A model generated the notes under the pieces. It ran no database searches. It was given only the letters and a program-made list of their open reading frames with translations, and was not told the origin of the DNA. The position numbers were made by a program, and so were the translations under genes. Positions 30,665-46,575 of a DNA stretch of 64,000 nucleotides are shown here, piece after piece. The DNA lies in NCBI GenBank assembly GCA_963779615.1, contig CAVZZA010000001.1:192001-256000 (forward strand), read 5' to 3'. The DNA comes from an uncultured Nitrososphaeraceae archaeon (GTDB lineage: Archaea; Thermoproteota; Nitrososphaeria; Nitrososphaerales; Nitrososphaeraceae). Each line of letters begins with the position of its first letter. Position 1 is the stretch's first letter.

Positions 30665-31615
30665 TTATCGCTTTGCATCATATATTGTATGATATTTTTC
30701 TATTTGGATTGTAGTATGAGTTATTTTAAACCTCATATCCAGTAATGAATTTATATCCTGCAAAATTGCCTGAGATCGATTTAAATCCAACACTATTACG
30801 TGAGCTGATAACGCAGTAATTCCTGAAGTAATACTCCAAATATGAAGATCAAATATACCAGTTACTCCTTTTATTTGCAGTATAGATTTCTTTATTTCAT
30901 CATAAGGTAAATTTGGTGGGGAGCTTTCCATTAACACAACAACCGATCGTCTCAATAGAGACCAGGTTCGTGGAATAATAAACAATGCGAGTCCAAAACT
31001 TGCAAGAGAATCAACAAACCAAAAACCAGTAAAGAAAATCACAAGAGCAGAGACAACAATAGCAAATGATCCCACCAAATCACTCAATAATTCCAATCTT
31101 GCACTCTGGACATGAAGATCCTCTGTTTTCTTAAAATCATCAAAATGATTGTATATGGAATCTACAGATGCAGGGTTTTGATGTACGTGCCCTTCCTTGA
31201 GAAGAACAAATCCCACAAGATTTACTATTATTCCCACTATTGCAACAATAAGCATATTAAAGCTTTGAATTTCATGAGGTGAAAAAATTCGACGGTAGGC
31301 TTCAAAAATAATAAAGAAAGAAACAATTAATAAAATAACGCTGTTTGTAAGGGTAGACAATATTTCAGTCCTATAAAATCCGTATGTATGTTTTGGTGTA
31401 GCTGGCTTTCTGCTAAATAACATCGCAAATAAAACCAGAGCGACTCCAAACACGTCAGCAAACATGTGAGAAGCATCTGCAAGTAATGCAAGGCTTCCTG
31501 TAATGTATCCCGCAACAATCTCCACAACAAGATAGGAACACAATAGAGTCAGAATGATTTTTATTTTTTTAATCTTTAAATGCGTTTTATCTATTCTTAC
31601 ATCATCACTATTCAA
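30665..31615 (-). CDS. cation diffusion facilitator (CzcD-like) metal transporter
   Basis: SLALLADASHMFAD, TYGFYR, DLHIWSIT and HTTIQIE. Confidence 0.92.
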   Translation of the reverse strand: MNSDDVRIDKTHLKIKKIKIILTLLCSYLVVEIVAGYITGSLALLADASHMFADVFGVALVLFAMLFSRKPATPKHTYGFYRTEILSTLTNSVILLIVSFFIIFEAYRRIFSPHEIQSFNMLIVAIVGIIVNLVGFVLLKEGHVHQNPASVDSIYNHFDDFKKTEDLHVQSARLELLSDLVGSFAIVVSALVIFFTGFWFVDSLASFGLALFIIPRTWSLLRRSVVVLMESSPPNLPYDEIKKSILQIKGVTGIFDLHIWSITSGITALSAHVIVLDLNRSQAILQDINSLLDMRFKITHTTIQIEKYHTIYDAKR

Positions 31616-32044
31616 TTTAATTGAATCAACATTTTTTGTTTATCAGAATTATTTATTTTTGTTCAATTTATAAAGTTTAATAATTTTAACAATTAACTAC
31701 AAATAAAGCGAATCAGCATCTAAAAAACTTTTGACAAGGTGGATATAATTAAAAACAGATAATTAATAATGATACTTATAATCCAGAATCCAAATTGTTT
31801 TTAATACCATTTACATGAATTGTAACAATATTTTATAAATTATATTTTATATATGTGAATCAATATTGTATAGTAATGTTACCATCATCTAACACAAAAT
31901 CTTTTTTACCATAAAATCTAACTAAATGGTAATTCTTCTGTTTCATCATCAAAATCTCGTATTTAAAAGAGGATCAATGTTTATAAAGTTAGCAGAGAAG
32001 AAAGCAGTAGTATTTAAGTAGAACTATGGACACTATATACATAT

Positions 32045-32629
32045 ATGTCATCTAATTTAAATGATAGTCCTCCACATTTTATAGTTCTAAACGCAATTTC
32101 TAAAAACTTTAATACAACAGACAAAATCGTAAGAGCTACAAAGTTACCTAAACAAGAGGTTGAGAAAATTCTCAAGGAATTGGAAGATCAGAAACTGATC
32201 TCAGGATTTGATAAAAAGAGTTTCTTTTTTGGGAAGAAAAGACAATATGGATTAAATGAGATAGGGGTGAAGGTGTTAGGCGACAAAAACAGAGAATTGG
32301 AAGGCAAAATGAGACAGGTTCAGCAATGGTATTCACAAGGAGACAAGCAACAAGTTCAATCATTCATGGGCGATAACAGAGCATGGCTACCTATGATGAT
32401 TTTTTCTGGAATTATGCAGATGGTAATGTTTACTTCGCTTATGTCAATGGCAGGAATGGCAATGAATCCCATGGAAAGTTCCATGGCAGGAGAAACTGAC
32501 AGCGCTGGTGCAGACAGTGGTGCAGGTGCAGACACAGGAGCAACAACTGAAAATGTAGATGCACAAGGAGCAGATTTTGGAGATGCCAGTGGATTTGATC
32601 TTGGCGGAGGAGGGTTTGATAGTTTTTAA
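32045..32629 (+). CDS. winged-helix protein with Met-rich segment and acidic Gly-rich tail
   Basis: KIVRATKLPKQEVEKILKELEDQKLI...YGLNEIG wHTH pattern. Confidence 0.75.
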   Translation: MSSNLNDSPPHFIVLNAISKNFNTTDKIVRATKLPKQEVEKILKELEDQKLISGFDKKSFFFGKKRQYGLNEIGVKVLGDKNRELEGKMRQVQQWYSQGDKQQVQSFMGDNRAWLPMMIFSGIMQMVMFTSLMSMAGMAMNPMESSMAGETDSAGADSGAGADTGATTENVDAQGADFGDASGFDLGGGGFDSF

Positions 32630-32772
32630 ATTATCATTTTTAAAATAAGATAGTCATTAAAATATTAAGCTTTTTAAATTACACAATTTTTATCAATTAT
32701 CAACATACGGCTGCTGCCATTTTTTATTTGAAATTGCAATCATAACATATATGATCCACCCATCAAACATAC

Positions 32773-33452
32773 GGCCCTGTTAACTTAACGAAAATCCTAT
32801 AGCTTGAAGATGCCTTATTTCCCATTTGTGCAATAAAAGTAACAGAACACCTTCAGAACACATTGGCCATGGTTTGTATTTGTACTTTCTCGGCTTGTTG
32901 ACTGGTAATGTAGCCAAAGCGTTATCTTTTTTGCACATTGTAAAGAGAAGCCATGTTGCAATCTGGAAGTGGATTCAGAAATATCGACCCAAAAGGATAT
33001 CCTCAAAGAGAAAGAGAATTTCTGAATTCACAGTTGACGAGACGGCAATCAAGGCTGTTCGGAATGCATCTGGTTGTGGGTTGCCATCGAGCCAAAAAAA
33101 CAAGCAGACTCTCGCACTGTCAATCTCCAAAGAGAGAAACATGTTCGTGGCAGAGAGGTTTATTGCAGGTTTGACCAGGATTCATTGGAAGCATCCGGTT
33201 TCAACGGATGGTGGAACTTGGTATCCGCAGGCTTGCCGGTTCTTGAAACTAAATCACCATATCCATTCACCTTATGAGAAAAGCATCATTGAAAGGACAA
33301 TGCAGTGCATCAAGGACAGGACATAATGCTTTGACGACTATTTTCCTTGCAGCAGAAAGAAGGGTTGCAATCTCATCCATATCAAAAACTGGCTCAACCT
33401 GTTTGCGACAATGCATGACAAGGATATGCTAAACACTTAAGTTAACAGGGCC
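32773..33452 (+). mobile_element. IS6-family element, 680 bp, transposase disrupted
   Basis: Perfect 16-bp TIR GGCCCTGTTAACTTAA; 8-bp direct repeat AAACATAC at 32765-32772 and 33453-33460; motifs VDET, STDGGTWY, SIIER; frameshift and internal TAA. Confidence 0.95.
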
Positions 33453-33708
33453 AAACATACACCTTCATGCACATAAATAGATGAATCAAAATATCGATTG
33501 CTCCCCATATACATGACTAACACCATATTGACGCTTCCCATAAAAGAAAGACATTTTGCATTCCTACCCCCTTCCGTTTTTTGTAAAACAACGCCCTAAT
33601 TCTAATGACTATGTAGAGTTTATGTCAATTGACGTCTACAAATAACGCGATCATTATCAACAATGAAAAAATTTTTAAACATAATTGATATATTTAAAAT
33701 ACAAACCA

Positions 33709-33930
33709 ATGAAAAAATTTGAATGGCTTAAGATTTTTTTTATAGCATTGATTACCGGGAATATAATGGGAGCAGTATTATTTCAAATTTTAGAGAGTTT
33801 GACAATAGAAACAATAATAATTATGGAAGTTGTTTTAACGATTATTATTATAATATTATACCTATCCAGCAAATCATGGAATAAACGTCAAAATAAAATG
33901 AAAAAATTTGATAAAGATACAGTTAAATAA
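33709..33930 (+). CDS. small two-TM membrane protein
   Basis: Two hydrophobic stretches and a basic tail; ATG at 33709. Confidence 0.55.
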   Translation: MKKFEWLKIFFIALITGNIMGAVLFQILESLTIETIIIMEVVLTIIIIILYLSSKSWNKRQNKMKKFDKDTVK

Positions 33931-33963
33931 AATAGATCTGTGTTGTGACATGTTATTTTATTT

Positions 33964-34191
33964 TCAATTACCAAACATGTTCTGTTCACTGAAAAAGACT
34001 GTTTTTTCTTTGTACATCTGAATTGGTGTTTTCAAATAAAATATGCAATAATTTTGTATTGATTCAAGGAAAGAAGAATAGTTTTCAAGATTACTGTTTT
34101 CAATACCGATAAAATCAATCAATAAACCAATCCAAATAGAAATAATCAAACAAAATCTCAAGGAAATAAAGCCTAAAACAAAACTGGCCAT
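33964..34191 (-). CDS. hypothetical small membrane protein
   Basis: Starts 15 bp downstream of the kinase gene, co-oriented, hydrophobic N-terminus. Confidence 0.35.
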   Translation of the reverse strand: MASFVLGFISLRFCLIISIWIGLLIDFIGIENSNLENYSSFLESIQNYCIFYLKTPIQMYKEKTVFFSEQNMFGN

Positions 34192-34206
34192 ACTTTAACA
34201 TTTTTA

Positions 34207-36030
34207 TTATTTCTGAGGTATTCTAAAGCAGAATGTGGCACCACTAACAGAGTTATTATAAGCCCAAATATTTCCAGAATGAGAATGAATAATACTTTTA
34301 GAAATAAATAAACCAAGTCCGGTGCCTTCAAAGGATTTGGAGGCAAATTTAGTAAACAATCTTGGTAAGATCTCAGGATCTATCCCCTGGCCCGAATCGG
34401 TTACTCTAACAACTACATAATCTTTATTTTTTGTTTTATCTTTTTCTAAAGCTGCCTCTACAGTTATAGATCCACTTTCAGTAAATTTAAGGGAATTACT
34501 TAATAAATTAAAAATAACCTGAGTAATTCTGTTTTTATCCGCAAAAACAAATATATCTTTAGGGTGATACACTATATCTAAATTATTAAGTTGTTCAGAA
34601 TTATTGCTAATTATCTGTAATTTAATATCACTAATGCAAGAAACAATTACATCTTTGATATTGAATTTTTCTTGATTAAGTTTTAACGATTGACTCTCTA
34701 TTCTAGTTATATCCAAAATGTCCGAAGACAGCCTCTTTAATCGTTTAGCATTTCTAATAATAGAACTAACTTGTTCCTTATCTATCATAACCTCTTTTTT
34801 TCCGGCCTCAAATTGTTTTTCTAAAAACATTGCATCTCCCAATATAGGCATTATTGGAGTTCTCAATTCATGAGCAGCTATGTTTATAAACTCTTTTTGC
34901 ATCTTATCATGGATTTTAAGTTTTTCGTTTGCTAATTCTAATAATTTATTATTTTCCTTCAAAGAATTGTTTGCGTCCTTTAACTCAATTGTTCTTGAAT
35001 TCACTGCAGATTCTAACCTTTTATTCCACGATAGAATCAAAAAAGCAATACCCAAAGCAATAATACCTATTATCAATACCATCAAAGTACTAAAATTTTT
35101 TTGGTTATTTATTAAAACACCAACCTCAGTAGCAAGTTGATGGGGAGCACTTACAAACAAAGTCCACAAATATTTTCCTCCAATAGAAACAGGTTGATAA
35201 GAAATAGTAGTCTTGTTTCCACCCATCAATAAAAGATCATCTGCGCCTGAGGAACCTTGAAGAGATCTTTCTAAAATAGAATTGTATGGCCCTTTAATTT
35301 CTTTTGGTATTAGAGATTGAAACTCTGTATCCAAATAATTTTTACCTATAAGTGCAGGGTTTCGGGAATATATTATTACGCCATTTTTATCCATCAAGCC
35401 AACATTGCTGGCCACTTGAGGAGTTATCTCACTTTGTAAAAAATTTCCCAATTCATGGATTTTTATAGAAGAAACAATTACGCCTTTAAAAACACTAGCA
35501 AAAGAACTCGATTTTTCGAAAATTGGGAACGAAATATACAATCTAGGAATTTTATCAATAGATTCTATTGCACTGCTATAATATCTAGACAGTGTCTCTT
35601 TTGGAATAACAAAGTATTCCCTATTACTCAAGTTAATAGAAGTATAGGAGTGAACTAAACTGGAATTAACATTACTTATAGATATAATTCTTCCATTTTC
35701 ATCAATCCAATAGTAACCCTCGGTTATTGTATTTGTTGAGTTTTGAACCTGATCTATGAGTTTTTTGGTTCCTTCTATATCACTATAGTTCACCACTTTA
35801 GATAAAATTTCCAAATTGGTTGATATAGGATCAATTATATGAAGGAGAGTTCTTGAAAGCCCATCAGTTTCAATGATTGCATTAGATCTAATGTCATTAG
35901 AAGCAACATCTGCAATTTGATCTGCAGTAAGGCCTGAATAATGGTAAGAAAGAAAGGATAAAGATATCCCCACTCCAACTACCAGAATTAATAAAAATAT
36001 ATTATTTCTAGATAATATTATGCCAATCAT
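34207..36030 (-). CDS. membrane sensor histidine kinase with Cache-type extracellular domain
   Basis: Two TMs, LSNREYF (Cache), H-box AAHELRTP, N-box NLLSNSLKF, DSGQGI and GTGLGL. Confidence 0.93.
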   Translation of the reverse strand: MIGIILSRNNIFLLILVVGVGISLSFLSYHYSGLTADQIADVASNDIRSNAIIETDGLSRTLLHIIDPISTNLEILSKVVNYSDIEGTKKLIDQVQNSTNTITEGYYWIDENGRIISISNVNSSLVHSYTSINLSNREYFVIPKETLSRYYSSAIESIDKIPRLYISFPIFEKSSSFASVFKGVIVSSIKIHELGNFLQSEITPQVASNVGLMDKNGVIIYSRNPALIGKNYLDTEFQSLIPKEIKGPYNSILERSLQGSSGADDLLLMGGNKTTISYQPVSIGGKYLWTLFVSAPHQLATEVGVLINNQKNFSTLMVLIIGIIALGIAFLILSWNKRLESAVNSRTIELKDANNSLKENNKLLELANEKLKIHDKMQKEFINIAAHELRTPIMPILGDAMFLEKQFEAGKKEVMIDKEQVSSIIRNAKRLKRLSSDILDITRIESQSLKLNQEKFNIKDVIVSCISDIKLQIISNNSEQLNNLDIVYHPKDIFVFADKNRITQVIFNLLSNSLKFTESGSITVEAALEKDKTKNKDYVVVRVTDSGQGIDPEILPRLFTKFASKSFEGTGLGLFISKSIIHSHSGNIWAYNNSVSGATFCFRIPQK

Positions 36031-36115
36031 TTATACCGATTTAACAACAACACAGTTTTGCTGAAATTAATTAATTTCAATTTGGAGTATATATTTTACT
36101 AAATTAGACACCATA

Positions 36116-36538
36116 TTACATCGATAACATAGATTTAATTTTAAATATCAAATCATTCATATCTATCGGTTTAATTATAAAATCTTTAACTTCGATAGAT
36201 GGAAGAACCTTGGTAAATTCATCTTTATTTATTTCAAAGGCGGTAATAAAAGCAATTTTTGTATTTGGTCGTGCTTCTTTAATTTGTCTATATAAATCAA
36301 AGCCATTCATCCTAGGCATCCGTATATCGGTAATAATTATATCATAATAATCTGGTTCATGATTTTTAAACGAACTCAAAGCCTCATTACCACTAGAAAA
36401 TGTTTCTACTTGAAATTCATTAGTGATTTCCAAATCCCTTTTAATTATTCTAAGTATATCTTTTTCGTCATCAACAACCATAATCCGAGCCAATTCATTA
36501 TTTTTAAAACAATTATTAATTTCTATTTTAGATGACAT
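36116..36538 (-). CDS. single-domain response regulator
   Basis: VVDDE, TDIRMPRMNG, FITA and IKP. Confidence 0.93.
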   Translation of the reverse strand: MSSKIEINNCFKNNELARIMVVDDEKDILRIIKRDLEITNEFQVETFSSGNEALSSFKNHEPDYYDIIITDIRMPRMNGFDLYRQIKEARPNTKIAFITAFEINKDEFTKVLPSIEVKDFIIKPIDMNDLIFKIKSMLSM

Positions 36539-36667
36539 ATATATTCTTTTTACACTAATAATTAATTAAATGAAATATATTAATTAGCATTTTCAAATAA
36601 AGTATAGATCATTTTTATAATCTAATACTTAAAATAGAAGGATTCATGTTCTTATTACCTACAAATC

Positions 36668-36696
36668 TTTAATGCATAATAAAATTATGCATTAAA
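36668..36696. promoter_or_regulatory. perfect 13-bp inverted repeat in a divergent promoter region
   Basis: TTTAATGCATAAT-AAA-ATTATGCATTAAA. Confidence 0.45.
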
Positions 36697-36748
36697 AAAA
36701 CATTTCATCAACATAAAAATAGATTATATTTTAATAACAAAGTAACAA

Positions 36749-37192
36749 ATGTCATTTACAATAAGAGAATTAAAAGAAGAAGATTTTTCCAATGGATTTT
36801 TTGAAACATTATCTAATCTTGCCGAAGTCGGTAAAACAAGAAATGATTTAAACCTTGCAAAAGAAATTTTAAAAAGAATTGACAGTGATAGAAACTACAG
36901 AATAATCATAGCACAAGATAAGCAAAATCGTCAAGTAATAGGTACAGCCACATTACTCATCGAACAGAAATTTATCCATAATGGAGGGAAAGCAGGACAC
37001 ATTGAAGATGTAGCTACACGAAAGGGTTATGAGGGAAAAGGTATAGGAAAAAAAGTGATAGAGGAATTGATAAAAATAGCAAAAGAAAATGAATGCTATA
37101 AAGTAATTCTAGATTGCAATGAAAAAGTTATGGAGTTCTATGAGAAAACGGGTTTTAGAAAGCATGCGATAATGATGAGAATCGATATATGA
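36749..37192 (+). CDS. GNAT acetyltransferase (glucosamine-6-phosphate N-acetyltransferase GNA1-like)
   Basis: IEQKFIH, GHIEDVA, GKGIG, YKVILDC and FYEKTGF. Confidence 0.9.
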   Translation: MSFTIRELKEEDFSNGFFETLSNLAEVGKTRNDLNLAKEILKRIDSDRNYRIIIAQDKQNRQVIGTATLLIEQKFIHNGGKAGHIEDVATRKGYEGKGIGKKVIEELIKIAKENECYKVILDCNEKVMEFYEKTGFRKHAIMMRIDI

Positions 37193-37243
37193 TGATGCCA
37201 ATTTTGGCGCAAGTTTTTTATATCAATAAACACATACAAAGTA

Positions 37244-37624
37244 ATGCACATGGAAAATGAAACATTTGACCTAAAAAACAGACCTCTTGAAAGAATATTT
37301 CAAAATAATATTGCTAGGATAATAGATTTTTTTATTATTAATCAAAATTTTAGTTTTTCAACTGCGGAAATCAGTGAATTGGGTGATATCCCTCTTAGAA
37401 CAATTCAAAGAATTCTTCCTCAATTAGTTGAAAAGGAAATAATAAAAGAAGTAAAAAGAAGTAAAAAAAATAAAGCTTATGAATTAAACAAAAATTCTGA
37501 ACTGGCAGAAATTTTAAATAATTACGCAATTAGTACAATGAATGCATTCATAAACGATGGGATTCGACAAGGAAGAAACAAAAATGTGATAGAACTTAAC
37601 AAATTAGTAGATAACACCACCTAA
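37244..37624 (+). CDS. winged-helix DNA-binding protein
   Basis: STAEISELGDIPLRTIQRILPQLVEKEII...YELN. Confidence 0.8.
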   Translation: MHMENETFDLKNRPLERIFQNNIARIIDFFIINQNFSFSTAEISELGDIPLRTIQRILPQLVEKEIIKEVKRSKKNKAYELNKNSELAEILNNYAISTMNAFINDGIRQGRNKNVIELNKLVDNTT

Positions 37625-38120
37625 CAAATAATTTAATCAAAGTAAAATAAATCAATTTTTAAGGGGATCAAACTCCATTACATATCTTCATCACTATCTG
37701 CAAAGACAATATAACGCTCAATTCCATTTTTGTCAGTAAATATAGCATATTCACAAAAAAAATGATTATGCCAGCGTTATCCAATGCAACATTTTTTCCA
37801 CTACAGCAATAAAGATAACAATAACAGCAACACTAAAGGAGAAACAAGGAAAAAGAATTCTTTACGCACAAAATAACCAAAAGGCAACAAAGCGTATGGA
37901 AACAAAATATAGAGATAGTATGTAGGCTGAACCATTGTATTTGTCCATGTCTGTGTTCGTGTGATGTACGCACCATTACAGCAATTGTAGTAGTAGTAGT
38001 TGTAGTGGCAACAATAATCTGGCTGTAACCCAGCAAATTGGTGTCATAACAGTTCCTACGGTAATTCAAATTTTATAATGCTTTATCCTTTTTTTCTGTC
38101 TGTCGGTTTTGTTTTGTCAA

Positions 38121-41075
<2,955 letters not shown>

Positions 41076-42006
41076 AGCTCCAGTTTTGTTTCCAGTTTTG
41101 CTGGATAGAGATTATTTTTAATTTGACCTTTGATGATCATTTCCTTATCATGATCTTAGTCTAGTCACTCGATAGATCGAGTTCCACAATCCAGTGATAA
41201 TAATTAACACATCTTCAACGGTTGTTTTACACGTATGACACTATTACTCCACTTTTCTGCTGTTTTTTTACTGCCTACAACTATGATTACTACTGCAACT
41301 ATTACTTCAACAACAACTATAATCGTGTTTACATCACACATCACACAAACAAAGACAAAAACAACACTTCAACCTATATAGTACCTGTATTATTCCTGTT
41401 CCATATCTTTTACTTTTTGGTTATTTTGTTATTGCGCGAATGCTCTAGCCGTTTCCTTTCTTTATCATTTTCTTGCTGTAATTGCTACTGTTGCGCTGTC
41501 GATATTGCTTTTGTTTTTGGCTTGATGTATGTTTTTTGTATATTCACATATTTGTGCAATATGCATACTTTTGTTCATGTTTGTATTGATTGTTTATTTG
41601 TTTTGTCATCTATCAATCAGATAGTAATACTATGATGGAGTTTGATCCTATACACGGCATCATCGCAGGCAGCACCACTACATTTTATGTAGGGTACTCT
41701 GCTACGCCAACTTCATCCTTTGTCTCCCCAACTCCTCAGTTTTGTGACAAAGAATTGCATCCGTTTTTTTTTATTTACTAATTCAGTGTGTTTTTTTTGT
41801 TCGGTAATACTGACTTGACTTTATGCATGCAAAAAGACCAGATAGACATTTAATATTAATTAACTGCTCTCTGAGACCATATGTCGTATATTCTCTCACA
41901 GAGCGTAATATTGCTGTTCATCATAATACTTGCACAGACATCATCAGCAGTTTCCGCGTTTGCAACGCACATAAAACCATATAAAGCATCCAAAAACTTC
42001 AAGGAA

Positions 42007-43950
<1,944 letters not shown>

Positions 43951-44275
43951 CTATTTTTTAGTTTTCTTAAGCATTATACCATATCACATGTCATTACAGA
44001 AACACAAATTCTGCTGATAATGCCTTTTGTGCTATTATAATAAATCTTTTTCAATGTCTATCTGATCTTCCCATGTCAGATTCGATCTATCAAGTCAGTT
44101 CCGATGTGCTGATCGAATCCCCATCCATCATTCCACTGTTTTTAATATTATGATGTTAATCGGTAATGTAACGAGCGCATCTGGAGGTCAGTAAATCACA
44201 TTATGGCACAAGCCAACTTCATCACCGACGCCGCCTTTTGTCTTGGACGCGTTCTATTACTCGTGGCGTGGCTGT

Positions 44276-44296
44276 CAATATAAATCTTATTTTTAC
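44276..44296 (-). promoter_or_regulatory. probable rRNA operon BRE/TATA promoter
   Basis: Minus strand reads GTAAAAATAAGATTTATATTG, directly upstream of a GC-richer leader. Confidence 0.5.
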
Positions 44297-44788
44297 CCTT
44301 TAAAATCATACAAAACTGCAAAAACGCAGTACATATCCCTTTTATGTATACTATTGTTCTTTTTACAATTCGCTCCTAGGTTTGAAAAATTAGGTAATAG
44401 TGGCATTAGCATTGACTTTTAAATTACCCCATTCTTTAACAAAAAAATTTGATAATTAATTCCATATAAAAAAGAAGAAATGTAATTAATTAATACACAA
44501 AAACGCTTTAATCTGTTTATGGACAGGTATAATAACACGGTACGGTTAAATTTGAAGATCAAACTCTAAATATATTTATTGCGCAATCATTTGAAAAAAA
44601 ATCAAAGTTTTATAATATTTTAGCTTTAAAAACTTTTAATCACATCTTAACAGTTTGCATATTTTTTATTCAGACTTTATGACGTTTCGAAGAATTAGTA
44701 TTCGATAGGTCTTCCATATTGCCGCAATTATTTTTTTTCTGCTAAAAAAATAATTAAATTACTTTTTATAATTAAATGATATATTGAT

Positions 44789-45346
44789 TTGATAGATAAA
44801 ACAAAATCATATGAAGAAATTAAAACCAATGTAGTTAATTGCACATTATGCAAACTGTGTCGTGATAGAAAAAATGCTGTCCCCGGTCGTGGAAATCTTA
44901 ATTCAAAAATCTTATTTGTAGGGGAAGCACCTGGAAAAAACGAGGATTTTTTAGGTTTACCATTCATCGGTTTTGCAGGCAAAATATTGGAAGAATCTTT
45001 GAAAAAAGCAGGACTTGGAAGAGAAGATGTATATATAACCAATATAGTAAAATGCAGGCCGCCAAATAATCGTGTTCCAGAGAAGGACGAAATTAACACA
45101 TGTTTGCAATATCTAAGAAAAGAAATACAAATAATCTCACCTACTATTGTTTGTATTCTAGGAGCAACTGCTTTGCAATCTCTTCTGAACCTAAAAAATT
45201 TGCAAAAATATCACGGAAAAATAATTACTCATGATAACGTTATATATTTTATAACTTATCACCCTGCAGCAACTATTTATAACAATGATCTGAGAGAATT
45301 ATTTTTTAATGAAATAAGTTTGGTAGTAAATATGGTAAAAAACTAA
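44789..45346 (+). CDS. udg: uracil-DNA glycosylase family 4
   Basis: CTLCKL, VGEAPG, PFIGFAG, VKCRPPNNR and YHPAA. Confidence 0.94.
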   Translation: MIDKTKSYEEIKTNVVNCTLCKLCRDRKNAVPGRGNLNSKILFVGEAPGKNEDFLGLPFIGFAGKILEESLKKAGLGREDVYITNIVKCRPPNNRVPEKDEINTCLQYLRKEIQIISPTIVCILGATALQSLLNLKNLQKYHGKIITHDNVIYFITYHPAATIYNNDLRELFFNEISLVVNMVKN

Positions 45347-45541
45347 TATTATCTGTATTTAGTTATTTTGATGGTTTTAAACAAATATCTTTCTATAAAT
45401 AAAACTGTTGTTAAGAAATACACATGGCATTAAATTAATGTATTATATCATTAATGCGTATATTGGGCATTGTATTCAATCTATTTTAGAACTATGCATA
45501 AACAATAAATGATGATAGAATAAAATCAAAAATACTTTTAG

Positions 45542-45937
45542 ATGAAAATCATTCTATTACAGTCACTAAAATTTTTTATTGTAGGCTTTAGTGGTATGTT
45601 TGTTAACTATTTTTCCGCTATCTTTTTTTTCGGCATCTTTAAAAATGAATTTATTTATACCACTTCATTAGGAATTGTCATTTCAATTTTTTCAAATTTT
45701 ATTCTTAATAAAGTTTGGACTTTTAAAGATCTTAATTTTTCGCCAAAATATTTGGTAAAACAAATAATATCCTTCATAATTATTAGTTCAATAGGCATTA
45801 TAATTCAACTGTTTTTGGTATATATCTTAATTGAAAAAGGATTTTCATATTCTGTTTCACTAGTTTTTTCAATACTTGTGGCCGCTGCGGGAAACTTTAT
45901 TTTAAATAAAAAAATTACTTTTGAGAAGAATAGGTGA
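45542..45937 (+). CDS. GtrA-family membrane protein
   Basis: KFFIVGFSGMFVN, NFILNKVWTF and NFILNKKITF. Confidence 0.88.
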   Translation: MKIILLQSLKFFIVGFSGMFVNYFSAIFFFGIFKNEFIYTTSLGIVISIFSNFILNKVWTFKDLNFSPKYLVKQIISFIIISSIGIIIQLFLVYILIEKGFSYSVSLVFSILVAAAGNFILNKKITFEKNR

Positions 45938-46575
45938 AATAGTTAATTTTATTGTTGATGGTGTTGCCCCATAATGCAATAACCTTTGTTATTTCTTATT
46001 ATTGGGGTTTCCAGTCAACCTTTAAAGAAATCAATACGGACTTTTTATTAAATGTTATCTAAATTATATATAGACATATTGTTAAAAATAAATAACTATT
46101 GTTAACAATTATTTAACAAAGTTGCATAACCTTGTAAAGTATTTGTGACTTCTATGTCATGGTTTTTATATTAAATACTTCATCGCTTGCTAACTGCCAA
46201 TCCTGTTTTTTGCTAGCCTTTTAATGTAGAATTGTTAATACTAATCCAAATGTAGAAGTGGTTGAAAGGAATAATTATTCTGACGCATGTTTCATCCCAA
46301 TAGTAGTAAGCAAGGCATGCTAAAGGTGTTAGGAAAGGAAAAAAACACAATCAATTTACAGGTAGATATACCGTATCCTTACATGACTATTAAAGTGCAG
46401 AAAGATGCATGATACATGCATCAAACATACATATTGTCATATATTTCTACGAGACCAAATCAACAAAAAAGGAAAAGACACATTTACAGACAAGCCTAAT
46501 CAAATATAAAAATAAATACAAATATAAAAAAATATTAATCAAGAGATATAACAACAATATGAAAAAAGTTAAAAA

